Notes: a model not told the origin generated them from the sequence alone. DNA of 64,000 nt from Centroscyllium fabricii (GCA_051313645.2 JBNRSN020000001.1:571764001-571828000); one strand, 5' to 3'; shown: positions 37,357-49,520, counted from the first letter of the stretch. Numbers and translations are program-made.

Positions 37357-37727
37357 TATATGTATGTAACCATATGTATTGTGTGTGACCTCTGCTGTAA
37401 TGTACATAGCCTTTCATGTGTAGCTTGTCCGGGCATGCCCGTGCTGACCCCGCCTGCGGCTCCTCCTCCTCGGACCCAGGTATAAAGGTGACTGTCTCAC
37501 TCCCCCCAATCATTCTGGGATCAGTCGACGAGCATGGGCATGCTCATGTCTTCGTTAATAAAAGCCTATAGTTCACTCCTCAACTTCTAGTCTTTTGAAG
37601 TTATTGATTAGGCATCAGGGACCTCAGTAGCAGAAGACAATGGCGGGGAAAAGATGGACAAGCAGAGTCAGAAGAATGGAGTTTTGGGGTTGGGGGGTTG
37701 TAGGTTTGCAGGAAGTTACAGAGATAA

Positions 37728-37961
37728 GGGCCTAGAAATTCGGTATCGTCCCGGTTAGGGCGCTAACTTTTGAGAAGTTGGAAGTTTAGCGCCAGGCGCT
37801 AATCAAGCTTGCTACCCGCTAAATTCAGCCTCAGCGCTCAAAGAATGCAGGGGCGCGCTAAATCAGGCACTAATGGCATAGGTGAGTGGCATTGGGCTCC
37901 AAGCAATACCGAATAACAGGTGTGTGTAATCGGGAGTGACCAGCATGCCAAATTTCTCCCC
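37728..37961. mobile_element. Short Harbinger-like MITE inside an L2 fragment
   Basis: GGGCCTAGAAATT/AATTTCTCCCC termini, GGCGCTAA motifs. Confidence 0.55.
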
Positions 37962-37964
37962 CAG

Positions 37965-38640
37965 GGAGGGGTGAAACCATGGAGGGATTGAAACACAAGG
38001 ATGAGAATTTTAAATTTGAGGAATTGGGGAATCAGGAGCCAGTGTAGCTCAGCGAGGATTAGGACTGATGGGCGAGCGAGACTTGGTGTGGGATAGGATA
38101 CAGGCAGCAGCGTTTTGAAGGTGGAGCTGAAGTTTATTGATGGTGGAGGATGGGAGGCCGGCTAGGAGGCCATTGGAATACTCATGCCTGGAAATGACAA
38201 TGGTAAATATGAGGGTTGCAGTTGAAATTGGGCTTATAAGGAGGTGGAAGTAGGCCGTCTTTGTGCTGGAGAGGATATGGGGTTGGAAACTTAGGTCAGG
38301 ACGCCAAGGTTGAAAGCACTCTGGGTCAGCCCAAGACAATAGCCAGTTTCAGGGACGGAGCTGGTGGCAAGGGTAGAGAGTGTTTTGGTAAAGTGAAAGA
38401 CAATGGTTCCAGTCTTCCCAATGCTTAGCTGGTTGAAGTTACAGCTCACCCAAGACTGGATGTCAGACAAGCAATCAGACAGCAGAGGCAATGGAGAGGT
38501 GGTGAAGCAGTTAAACTGGGTGTCATCAACGTACATATGGAAGCTGACGCCATTTCAGCGGATGATGTCGTCACAGGGCAGTAAGTAATTGAGGAAGAAA
38601 AGGGGGCTAAGGATAGATCCTTAGGGGACTCCAGAGAAGA
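37965..38640 (-). mobile_element. L2 LINE RT fragment, degraded
   Basis: Minus-strand YVDDTQ, LSDIQSWVSCN, NLGV, LQNAAACIL motifs. Confidence 0.75.
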
Positions 38641-38674
38641 GACAAATCAGCCCATGAAGACCACTACCTCCAAA

Positions 38675-38738
38675 TAAATCTGGTGTTGTGTGACTTCTTG
38701 CATTTGTCCACCCCAGTCCAACACCGGCACCTCCACAT
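38675..38738 (-). mobile_element. Penelope-like element terminal fragment
   Basis: Reverse complement of ATGTGGAGGTGCCGGTGTTGGACTGGGGTGGACAA..AGAAGTCACACAACACCAG, also at 51832 and 63933. Confidence 0.55.
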
Positions 38739-38857
38739 TATATCCAAATAAATCGTCTATGATTTGTAATATTGTGGTTTTTGCCAACTTAATCAGCAGA
38801 GTTGAGTAACTGGCAGTAAAACTGCCCAAAAAATAATTTAAATTGTGTAGTCGCTTC

Positions 38858-39055
38858 CTGTGTCAGCTGTGCCTCAGTGAGTAGCAGTCTCACCTCTGAG
38901 ATGGAAGGTTGTGGGTTCAAGTCCCACCCCAGAGACTTGAGCATAAAATCTAGGCTGACAATCCAGTGCAATGCTGTGGGAGCGCTGCACTGTCGGAGGT
39001 GCTGTCTTTCGGATGAGATGTTAAACTGAGTTCCCGTCAGCCCTCTCAGGTGGAT
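38858..39055 (+). mobile_element. DeuSINE 5' half
   Basis: tRNA-like head plus the start of the Deu core. Confidence 0.8.
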
Positions 39056-39468
39056 TTCGATGGGTTAGGGAACAGAAGGGTGAGCTGGACTTGGCGCAGG
39101 ACATGGTCAGCAGAGTTTTAGATAAGTTATGGATGTTTATGGTGGATGAGAGGCCATCTAGGAATGCATTGGAACAGTAGGGGGAATTTTACAGTGGGTC
39201 ACCTCGGTGGAGGGTCGGGTGGGAAAAAAAATGTTTTGACAGCGGTTAGGGACCCTGCTGTCAACCCACCACCATGCAACTTTCCCAAATGTCAGGTCTG
39301 TCAGGGCTGAACAGACCCGACACACAGCAGCGGAGGAGGCAATTCAGGTTATTATGATCTTGTTAACAACCCATTAAAAAGTATTTTGAGCTCACCTTTA
39401 CATGTTACGAGGTCGCCCACGAGGTCCATGCTGCTCAGGGATCACATCAGGTAAGGAGGCCTGGAGTT

Positions 39469-41945
39469 ACATAGAACATAGAACATAGAACATACAGCAC
39501 TGTACAGGCCCTTGGGCCCTCAAATAGTGCCGCGCTTAGTCCGTCTCTGATTTTTCCTGTCCCCCCTACTCTTCCTTCCCCTCCATGTACCTATCTATCA
39601 TCCTTTTAAAAGCTCCCAGACTGTCCGCATCCACTATTTCAGATGGTAGCCTATTCCACTCTCCGACCACTCTCCGTGTAAAGAACTTGCCCCTGCCATC
39701 CCTTCTGAATCTTCCTCCTTGAATCTTGTGTTCGTGCCCTCTTGTTGTCATTCTTCCCACCCGGGGAAACAGTCTCTGCACATTTACTCTATTGATCCCC
39801 TTCATCATCTTAAACATCTCTATTAAGTCCCCCCTCTTCCTTCTCCGCTCCAGGGAGAAGAGTCCCAGATCCCTCAACCTCTCCTCGTACGACTTTCCCC
39901 CCATTCCCGGCAGCATTCTGATGAATCTCCTCTGTACCCTCTCCAACGCCTCCACATCCCTCCTGTAGTACGGTGCCCAGAACTGCACACAGTACTCCAA
40001 GTGTGGTCTCACCAGTGACCTGTACAGCTGTAGCATGACCTCCCAGTTCTTAAACTCTATTCCCCTGTTGATGAAGGCCAATACACCATAGGACTTTTTT
40101 ACTGCCTTATCCACCTGGGTGGCAGCCTTCAATGATCTGTGTACATACACTCCCAGATCCCTTTGCTCCTCTGCTTCGCTCAGTACCCTGCCGTTGACCC
40201 TATATTCCCTATTCCTATTTGCCCTACCGAAGTGTATCACCTCGCATTTCCCCATGTTGAACTCCATTTGCCATTCTTCAGCCCAGCTCTGCATCCTATC
40301 TATATCCCTCTGAAGCCTTCTACTTCCTTCCTCCTCGTCCACTACTCCCCCAATCTTTGTGTCATCTGCAAATTTGCTGACACACCCCTCAGTCCCCTCC
40401 TCCAAGTCATTGATAAAGATTACAAATAGTAGTGGCCCCAACACCGACCCCTGTGGCACCCCACTGGTGACCGGTCTCCAACCCGAGTATTGGCCCTCTA
40501 CCACTACCCTCTGCTTTCTCTGAGCCAGCCAGTTCTCAATCCATCCCACTACTTCTTTGTTTACCCTGCAACTCCTTACTTTCTTCATGAGTCGACCGTG
40601 CGGGACCTTGTCGAACGCCTTGCTGAAGTCCATATATATGACATCAACCGCCTTTCCCTCGTCCACACACTTGGTCACCTCCTCAAAGAATTCTATCAGG
40701 TTGGTCAGGCACGATTTGCCCTTAACGAATCCGTGCTGACTGCTCCTGATTAATTTGCCCCTTTCTAGATGGTCGTAGATCCTGTCCCTCAGGACCCTTT
40801 CCATCACCTTTCCGACCACCGAGGTAAGGCTGACTGGTCTGTAGTTCCCTGGCTCGTCCCTGCTCCCCTTTTTAAATATGGGAACCACATTCACCTCTCT
40901 CCAGTCCTCAGGGACTATCCCCGAGGATAGCGAGGAACTAAAGATAGAGGTCAGTGGCTCTGCGATTTCGTTCCTCGCTTCCCAGAGAATCCTTGGATAT
41001 ATCCCGTCCGGCCCAGGAGATTTGTCTACCTTCAGTTTCTCCAAAATATCAAATACCTCCTCCCTCTGAATATTTACTTCCCCCATCCTTTCCCCTTGTA
41101 TCTTGCACTCCTCCTCTACTTTTAGTCCCCTCTCCCTTGTGAACACGGACGCAAAATATTCATTTAGTGCTTCACCAATTTCCTCTGACTCCGTGCACAT
41201 TTCTCCCTTGCCATCTTTGATCGGCCCTACTCTTATCCTAGTCATCCTTTTATTTCTTACGTAAGCATAGAAAGCCTTAGGGTTCTCCTTTATCCTTCCT
41301 GCTAATGCCTTCTCATGCCCTCCCTTTGCCTTCCTTAGCCCATTCTTCAGTTCTTTCCTTGCTTCTTTGTACTCCTTTCCCACCCATGCTGTACCCTGCT
41401 TTCTCATTCTATCATATGCCTCCTTCTTCTTCTTTACTAAATGTTCTACCTCTTTCGTGATCCACGGTTCTCTCATCTTTCCCTTGTTTCCCATCCTACT
41501 CGGGACATGCTTATCCAGGGCTTTCATAATTTGCTCCCTGAACACTCTCCATTTTTCTTCCGTTCCCCTCCCAGCAAGTTCCCGTTCCCAATCGAGGTTA
41601 GCTAAATCCTGCCTAACCCTGTCGTAATTTCGTAATTTCCCCTCCCCCAGCTGTATACCTTACCCTGCCTCATGCTCCTATCCTTCTCCATTACTATTGT
41701 GAACATCACCGAGTTGTGGTCACTGTCCCCAAAGTGCTCCCTTACCCCCAGTTCTACCACTTGGCCTGGTTCATTTCCCAGAACCAGGTCCAAGGTTGCC
41801 CCACCCCTTGTTGGTTCCTCCACGTATTGTGTCAGGAAACCTTCCTGCACGCATTGTATGAAAATCTCTCCATCTGCACTATTTGACCAACCTAGATTCC
41901 AGTCTATATTAGGGAAATTGAAATCTCCCATGATAACCACCCCCT
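39469..41945 (-). mobile_element. CR1 LINE, 5'-truncated, ORF2 (endonuclease C-terminus plus RT, ORF 39566-41545)
   Basis: MGDFNFP, LDLVL, SDHN endonuclease motifs; SPGPDG, NYRPVSLTS, QHGF, GVPQGS, FADD; (TTCTATG)n tail. Confidence 0.95.
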
Positions 41946-43020
41946 GATCCTGTCACACATATCGTGCGGCGATAGGTCAGGGGCACAAGGAGGGTTGGGG
42001 CCGGCGATGCTGTGCGTTACTGGGTACCGCTGCCACTAATCTCCCACTGATTTTCGTGGGAGGTATTAGTGGCGCCACGCCCAGGCACTAGGGGATCTGC
42101 GCCCCGTTAGTGCGTCCCAAGGGCACTAATAAGAGGCGCAAACCAACCCAATTTTTCCCTCATTTAGTTTTATGCGACTTGCAAGTATTTGGAGCTAACT
42201 CTCTATCTAGTGTCGCCTCATTGGGAAAACCTCTTTTCACCATTGACAAATCGCTTTTGTCATCTCAACCTCAACTGCCATCTATTCCACCTCACCTTGG
42301 TCCACAGAATCCCACCACGATCAGCCCCAACACCAGCAGCACTAGGCACACAGCATCACCAACAACAACACCAACCTTCTCCGCAATCACCTGATGCTGC
42401 ACAGGACACAGGGCATCAGCACTCAACCACATTGCTGCTCAGGACGCCAGGGATGGCCTCATCATAGATTTACTTCACTTGATGCTGCACACCCTGGCTG
42501 CCACATTATGCACCAGGTTGGCACCAGCCTACAACAACACCATAAAGCATCCCTACAATGTCCAAGCCATTCCTTTCAAACCCATGACCATTGTGGGGAT
42601 ACCATCATGTCTCACCATTCACTGCAACTCACTAAGCCACTTCCATAGGTGTACACAAATCTGTCCAACAATGCAAAGTATTGAAAATAAAGGTTTCAAT
42701 GTTTAATACCACATTAACAGAAACTTCACATGAACATTGCATAAAACACCCAAGTGCCTGCAAGTCTGTGTTGTTAATTGGTATGATTTGGCTAGGATGA
42801 GGGTGAATGTGAGGGGTGGCGAGTGAGATGGGGAAGTGATAATGTAGATAGAGAGGGTTAGGTGGAGGTGCAAGGTAAGTTGGTGTGAGTAAGGATGTGC
42901 AGGAGTAGGGAAGGCAGAGTGATGAGGATGTGATGAGTGGCACAGTGGGAAGAGGTTGAGATAAAAACAGAAAATGCTGGAAATACTCAGCAGGTCAGGC
43001 AGCATCTGTAGAGAGAAACA

Positions 43021-43788
43021 GGTGGAAAAATTGGGTTGCGCCCCGTTTGGGGCGCTAACCTTAGATTTGCGCTCCTTTTAGCGCCCTGAAAAGGTTCGCG
43101 CCATTCATCCTGAAATTGGGTTTTAGCACCCCATGTAGGAGGTGGGGCGCTACTGCAGGTGCCCGACCTCATTCTTTAGGCGCTACCACTGAATTTCAGG
43201 CGCTGTGAGTCACTGCGCCACGCTCTGCAGAGTGCCGTGCCGCAGTACTGCTGGCCTTCCTCCCCTGATTAAAGGGGAGTGGCCTAGAGTGGCTCGGGCC
43301 GGAGCCCCATTGGACCGCCGGGGATCGCAATGCCGCCAAAGGAGCCTGGCACTCGAGGGAAGTGCCGGGCTCACGGAGCAGAGCCAGCACTCCGCGGGGA
43401 GGGGTGGGGCATCAGGGAAGGCCAGGGACGGCAGAGGGGGCAGGTGCTGGCAGTCGGCCAGCAAGAAAAATGGCCGCCCGTCACTGCTCCCTTTAAATAT
43501 CACTCTCCCTGCTGCAAGTACGCACCCCTGACCCTGTCAGTGACAGCGTCCGGCGGTACGGCAGCAGGTGCGACTGAAGTTCACGGCCGGGGCGCGAGTG
43601 GGGTGCTGTGCACTGAGATGACATCATCAGCGGCAGCGCAGTGCCACGGGGCGCTACCATTTACCGCCCCCGTCAGCGCCCCACTGAATATCGCGAGAGG
43701 CGCCAGCCCAGGCACTAAGTGCCTTGCGCCCCATTAGCAGCCCTCTTAAGGTGTTAATGGGAGACGCAAGCAACCAAATTTTTCCCCC
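43021..43788. mobile_element. Harbinger-like MITE inserted in a Penelope-derived repeat
   Basis: TIR GGTGGAAAAATTGG/CCAAATTTTTCCCCC, 3-bp TSD ACA. Confidence 0.7.
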
Positions 43789-44234
43789 ACAGAGTTAACG
43801 TTGCAGGTTGATGACCATTCATCAGAACAGCCTGAAATGTTAATGACTGGGATCACTGAAAGATTTACGCTACTGTAGCCTAGTCTTCCTGACGACATCC
43901 CTGCTTTTGTCCTCCTGTGTAATGTGAAACCAGACTGTGTTGGTCTCCTGGGAGGTCTCTTCTGCCCAAGGGAAGGGAAGAGGGCATCCCTGCATGCTGT
44001 GACAGCACAAATGTCAAAATCAATTTGCGCATGGTCCCTTTAAGGAAACCGGCTGATGATGCGTCATCAAATGACATCATCAGACCCGCTTCAATTGGCC
44101 AGCAAACCCGCTGGCTGGGCTTAACAAGCCCAATAAACGGAAAATCATTCCACAGAGTGGGCTGGAGCCAGCAGCGGGGTCAGACACGCCACCGACATCG
44201 CCCGCCCTGGACTCGCCGAGGTTGGGAAATCGCG

Positions 44235-44780
44235 GCCCTGGAGTCTGGAGGTGACAGGAGCATGGATGAGGGTTTCATCAGCAGATGGGCTGAGGCAGAG
44301 GAGTAGGTGATGTGACAGATGGAAACAGGCAGTTTTTGTGGTTTAGACGATGTGGGGTCAGAAGCTCAGCTCGGGCTCAGATAGAATGCTGCGGTGGCAA
44401 ACAGTCCAGTTCAACCTGAAAGAATGGTTGGGCAGGGGGCCTGGCAAGGGCACAGAGTTTGATATCTTTGGTCTTCCTAACAGAGGAGATTGTTGCTCAT
44501 CCAGAACTAGATGTCGGACAAGCAGTGTGATAGCACAGAGGCAGTGGACAGGTCGAGACAGATGGTGGACAGATAGTGCTGGTGGTTGTCAGCGTACATG
44601 GGAAAGGGGGCCCCATGTCTGAGGATCATGTCGCCAAGCGTCCGTATGTAGAAATAAAAGCAAAAGTTTGAAAAAGTGCAGCAACAACAAAAACAACTGG
44701 CATTTATATAGTGCCTTCAACAAGTGTGATAGGCGAACGGGATGTGCTGCTGGTTAGGATACGGGCAGCAGCTCACTTGA
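44235..44780 (-). mobile_element. Degraded L2 fragments
   Basis: Similar to the 37965-38640 segment and the L2 tail. Confidence 0.5.
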
Positions 44781-44898
44781 CATCTGGAAGTGGAATAGAT
44801 AAATGTTTCAGATGGAATCTATTGTCAGATCTCATGAAAGATCACATCCAAAATGCTAACCTGTCTTTCAGATGCTAACCCAGTTGCTATGTTTTTAC

Positions 44899-47800
44899 TG
44901 TGGCGACACGCCCACCAGAACCATCGAATCAGCCTCGGGAGTGCTGCGAGACGGCCCCGCCCGCTGGGCGGCGTGATGACGTCACCGCGACTTCCGGCGT
45001 GATGACGTCACCAGGTGGACACCCGGCAGTGACGTCACCAACCGCGGGACCTTTAAATACCCGGGTTCCAGGTGGCTCAGTCTCTTTCTCCACCTGGTCC
45101 TAGCTGAGTTAACAATAAATGATAACTTTCCGAATCTTCTGTGTCCAGTGTGGTTCTTCAGCCCTGCATGCCTCTACAGTGGTGACCTCGATACTTGGAA
45201 CGAATTCCAAGGGAACAATGAAGCAGTCGCTGCAGGACTGAGGGCCAAGCTGCCTCAGTTGAATCGCAACCACCATGCCAGCAGGGATCGAAACAGCACG
45301 CCACCACAGACGGGGCCAGCACTTCGGCCAAATCCCAAACCTACCTGAGTTCTGGGAACTCCGTCCAGCGGCCTGGTTCCTCAACACGGAGAACACCTAC
45401 CGCATCTATGGCGTGCAGGGGGACGATCGATACAGCCTGCTCTTCGCGGCCCTTTCGCAGCCCACAATCGACCGAATGTGGGGCTCCATCCAGCAAGAAC
45501 CAACTGCTGGCAGGTATGAAACGCTTAAGGCCGCGCTGCTAGAAAAATTTACCCCCACCATATTTGAGCGTGACTGCCAGCTCATCAACCTCCCCGACCT
45601 AGGGGACGCAGACCCATCCGACCTTTGGGCCCAATTTGAAGCGCTCAACTGCGACCCGGCCACCATTAAGCGCGCCTTGTACCTCCTTAAACTGCCCTCC
45701 TCCGTCAGACCGGCTCTGACGGTCCTGGAGCACTACTCCAACACGCAACTGGCTCAGGAGGCCGACAAGCTGCTGAGGGCCGAGCGCACCCGAACCGCCA
45801 CGCGCCAAACCACTGCCGCTCCACCGGAGCAGTACTACGCGCACCCCAGGCCCAGGCCCCAACCCAGAGCGGTGCGGACCCACAAAAAACCACGCACTAC
45901 GGGCCCAGGCTGGTGCTACTACCACACCAGGTTTGAAGCCAAAGCGCAGCGCTGCGTCCAGCCCTGCACCTTCAAACCCCAAACCAGCCCAAGCCCCACC
46001 ATGTCCGTAGGCCGCTCCGGAGCACTGCTCTTCATCACAGACAGTGGCTCAGGCCTCCGCTTCCTCTGCGACACAGGCGCGCAGCACAGCATTGTGCCAG
46101 CCTCCCCCGCGGAAACCAAGCAAGGCACCCAAGGCCCACCACTCGAAGCCGCAAATGGCTCCGAGATAGTTACGTTCGGCACCCGCCAGCTTACCAGCAA
46201 GCTAGCAGGCCACACGTACAAGTGGGACTTCATCACAGCACAAGTCAAAATATCCCTACTCGGGGCCGACTTTCTGTGCGCCCACGGCCTACTGGTCGAC
46301 GTTACCCGACGCCGCCTGGTCGACATCCACAACATGTCGACCATCCCATGCTCCACAAGGCCGGCACACCAGACCCACGCAGCGTCCCACTGCCGAGCCC
46401 GGAAGTCCGACACGTACGCCACACTGCTCGCGGAGTTCCCAGCCCTAACCAACCCCACCTTCACAGCCCGCACGGCCAAGCACGGGGTGGAGCATCACAT
46501 CACTACCACAGGCCCTCCAGTCCACGCCCACGCACGCAGGCTGGACCCGGCCAAGCTAGAGATCGCGCGCGCTGAGTTCCACATCATGGAACAACTCGGC
46601 ATAATCCGCCGCTCCAGCAGCCCCTGGGCCTCCCCTCTCCACATTGCCCCCAAACCCGGCGGCGGCTGGCGCCCCTGCGGAAACTACCGCCGCCTCAACA
46701 ACGCCACCACTCCAGACAGGTACCCCGTCCCCCACATCCAAGATTTCTCAGCCAGGCTAGCCGGCTGCACGGTCTTTTCTAAGATCGACCTGGTACGGGG
46801 CTACCACCAGGTACCAGTGCACCCGGCGGACGTCCCTAAGACAGCCGTCATTACCCCATTTGGCTTATTTGAATTCGTCCGAATGCCCTTCGGACTCAAA
46901 AACGCGGTCCAGGCCTTCCAGCGCCTCATGGACTCAGTCCTACGGGACTTGCAGTTCACGTTCGTCTATCTCGACGACATCCTCGTGGCCAGCACCTCCC
47001 CCCAGGAACACCTCCTCCATCTCAGGGCCCTTTTCAACCGCCTGGCCGAACACGGCCTTATATTAAGCCCCTCCAAATGTCGATTCGGCCTCAAGACGAT
47101 CGACTTCCTCGGCCACCACATCTCCCAGACCGGGGCCATACCCCTGCCCTCCAAGGTGCAGGCGGTCCAGGAATTCCCCCGCCCGCACTCCATCAAGGGG
47201 CTGCAGGAATTCCTTGGGATGGTTAATTTCTACAACCGTTTCATCCCAGGAGCAGCCGCTCTCATGGCCCCCCTCTACCACGCCACCCGCGGGCAGTCCA
47301 ACAAGGCTGCGGTCGAGTGGACGGCCGAAGCCTCCACCGCCTTCACCGCAACCAAAACCGCCCTGGCCAACGCCACGCTCCTCAGCCACCCTAGGCCCAA
47401 CGCCAGAGTAGCCCTCACCACCGACGCCTCCGACCGCGCTGTCGGAGCAGTATTTGAGCAGTGGACAGGCGACTCCTGGCAACCCCAGGCTTTTTTCAGC
47501 CGACAACTCCGGCCCCCGGAGGTCAAGTACAGCGCCTTCGATAGGGAGCTACTCGCTCTCTACCTCACGGTGCGCCACTTCCTCTTCCTCCTACAGGGCC
47601 GCCACTTTACAGCCTTCGTGGATCACAAGCCACTTGTGTCTGCAATGGCTAAGATCTCTGAACCCTGGTCGGCCAGGCAGCAGCGCCAGCTCGCGGCTGT
47701 GTCGGAATTCACTACCGACATTCAGCACATCGCCGGCCGCGACAACGTGGTCGCTGACTGCCTCTCACGCCCCACCATCAACTCCGTTCAAACGGCCGTC

Positions 47801-49520
47801 GACTACACCAAAATGGCGGCCGACCAACTAACCGACCCCGATCTGCTCGACCCCGCTACCAACCTCCCCGGCCTGCTCTTGGCCACCGTAGCACACGGGC
47901 CCACAGCCACGGAGGTCCGCTGCGACGTCTCCCTCCCGCAGCCCAGACCCGTCGTCCCCCATGCATGGAGGCGACACATCTTTCAGACCCTACATGACCT
48001 GTCCCACCCCGGTGTCCGCGCGTCCACAAAGCTCATCTCTGCGCGATTCGTTTGGCGCGGCCTGCGCAAGGATGTCCGCGCTTGGACCAACTCCTGCAAT
48101 GCCTGCCAGCGCGCCATGGTGCACAAGCACATCAAGGCACCGCTGGAAACGATCGCCATCCCAGCTAAACGCTTCAGCCATGTCCACATCGACCTGGTCG
48201 GACCACTACCACCATCACGGGGACACTCATATATCATGACTATGGTCGACCGCAGCACCCGCTGGCCAGAAGCGGTCCCCCTCACCGCTACCACCACCGC
48301 GGACCTGGCCAGGGCCTTCATTGCCACCTGGGTCGCACGTTTCGGCGTCCCCACCGACATCACATCAGACAGGGGCCCCCAATTTACCTCAACCCTATGG
48401 GCAACCATCGCCCACGACCTTGGGGCAACCCTGCACCGAACCACCGCCTACCACCCACAGGCCAATGGCCTCTGCGAACGGTTCCACCGCTCCTTCAAAG
48501 CTTCTTTGCGGGCCAGCCTCAAAGACGCGACCTGGACCGACCGCCTGCCCTGGGTAATGCTCGGCCTGCATTCAGCGGCCAAGGAAGACCTGCATGCCTC
48601 AGCGGCGGAACTAGTCTATGGCCAACCCCTAACCGTACCAGGCGAGTTTGTGGCGGAAACAAATGCCCCCTGGTCAGCCGAACGCTGCCTCCATGACTTT
48701 AACAACCAGGCAGCGGCGTTCAAACCACTTCCAGTGGCCCGGCACGGAGAGCCGGCAGCACGAGTACCAGACTCCATCCAGAATGCCAAGTATGTGTTTG
48801 TCCGCCATGACGCACATCGAACACCTCTACAACCACCGTACGACGGACCGTACAGAGTGCTTCGGGCGGGACCTAAAACGTTTGAAATTAAAATGGGCAA
48901 CAGAGCTGAGACTGTCTCAATTGACCGGCTCAAACCGGCACACGTAATGGCGGGTGAGACAACAGTCCCCGCGCAGCCACCAAAGCGCGGACGCCCTACC
49001 GCACCAAAGCCCGCCCACACTCCAACGCAGAACAAGGAGCAGCGCACGACACGTGCAGGCCGCATCATCAGGCCACCTCAACGCCTTGCCTGAGACGACA
49101 CGTGCGGACCGCATCATCATGCCAACTCAAAACCCCGCCTGAGACTCAACTTTTATTCTCCCTTTTTTTATTTTTACTTTATGCTCCCTTCTCCTCTAGG
49201 TCAAGCTTGGCTCTCCCTCACGGATTCTGTGGGGGAGCTGTGTGGCGACACGCCCACCAGAACCATCGAATCCGCCTCGGGAGTGCTGCGAGACGGCCCC
49301 GCCCGCCGGGCGGCGTGATGACGTCACCGCGACTTCCGGCGTGATGACGTCGCCAGGTGGACACCCGGCAGTGTCGTCACCAACCGCGGGACCTTTAAAT
49401 ACCCGGGTTCCAGGTGGCTCAGTCTCTTTCTCCACCTGGCCCTAGCTGAGTTAACAATAAATGATAACTTTCCGAATCTTCTGTGTCCAGTGTGGTTCTT
49501 CGGCCCTGCATGCCTCTACA
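44899..49520 (+). mobile_element. Gypsy element A2 (CsRn1-like), full length
   Basis: 280-bp LTRs 44899-45178 and 49241-49520 (~6 differences), TSD TTAC, PBS TGGTGACCTCGA (tRNA-Trp-like), PPT GGGGGAG. Confidence 0.97.
45275..49093 (+). CDS. gag-pol: Gag-Pol polyprotein, 1272 aa, uninterrupted
   Basis: CYYH..CVQPC (CHCC) Gag, DTGA protease, YLDD RT, TDASD RNase H, HHCC/DDE integrase, GPY. Confidence 0.93.
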   Translation: MPAGIETARHHRRGQHFGQIPNLPEFWELRPAAWFLNTENTYRIYGVQGDDRYSLLFAALSQPTIDRMWGSIQQEPTAGRYETLKAALLEKFTPTIFERDCQLINLPDLGDADPSDLWAQFEALNCDPATIKRALYLLKLPSSVRPALTVLEHYSNTQLAQEADKLLRAERTRTATRQTTAAPPEQYYAHPRPRPQPRAVRTHKKPRTTGPGWCYYHTRFEAKAQRCVQPCTFKPQTSPSPTMSVGRSGALLFITDSGSGLRFLCDTGAQHSIVPASPAETKQGTQGPPLEAANGSEIVTFGTRQLTSKLAGHTYKWDFITAQVKISLLGADFLCAHGLLVDVTRRRLVDIHNMSTIPCSTRPAHQTHAASHCRARKSDTYATLLAEFPALTNPTFTARTAKHGVEHHITTTGPPVHAHARRLDPAKLEIARAEFHIMEQLGIIRRSSSPWASPLHIAPKPGGGWRPCGNYRRLNNATTPDRYPVPHIQDFSARLAGCTVFSKIDLVRGYHQVPVHPADVPKTAVITPFGLFEFVRMPFGLKNAVQAFQRLMDSVLRDLQFTFVYLDDILVASTSPQEHLLHLRALFNRLAEHGLILSPSKCRFGLKTIDFLGHHISQTGAIPLPSKVQAVQEFPRPHSIKGLQEFLGMVNFYNRFIPGAAALMAPLYHATRGQSNKAAVEWTAEASTAFTATKTALANATLLSHPRPNARVALTTDASDRAVGAVFEQWTGDSWQPQAFFSRQLRPPEVKYSAFDRELLALYLTVRHFLFLLQGRHFTAFVDHKPLVSAMAKISEPWSARQQRQLAAVSEFTTDIQHIAGRDNVVADCLSRPTINSVQTAVDYTKMAADQLTDPDLLDPATNLPGLLLATVAHGPTATEVRCDVSLPQPRPVVPHAWRRHIFQTLHDLSHPGVRASTKLISARFVWRGLRKDVRAWTNSCNACQRAMVHKHIKAPLETIAIPAKRFSHVHIDLVGPLPPSRGHSYIMTMVDRSTRWPEAVPLTATTTADLARAFIATWVARFGVPTDITSDRGPQFTSTLWATIAHDLGATLHRTTAYHPQANGLCERFHRSFKASLRASLKDATWTDRLPWVMLGLHSAAKEDLHASAAELVYGQPLTVPGEFVAETNAPWSAERCLHDFNNQAAAFKPLPVARHGEPAARVPDSIQNAKYVFVRHDAHRTPLQPPYDGPYRVLRAGPKTFEIKMGNRAETVSIDRLKPAHVMAGETTVPAQPPKRGRPTAPKPAHTPTQNKEQRTTRAGRIIRPPQRLA

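Larger units (their letters stand above)
32582..37617 (+). mobile_element. Solo LTR D (32582-32602 plus 37357-37617) of a B-related family, hosting element C
   Basis: Starts TGTGGTAAACCACTG like the B LTR, ends ...GGCATCA, 5-bp TSD GGGAC, TATAAA at 37481, AATAAAAGCC at 37557. Confidence 0.85.
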
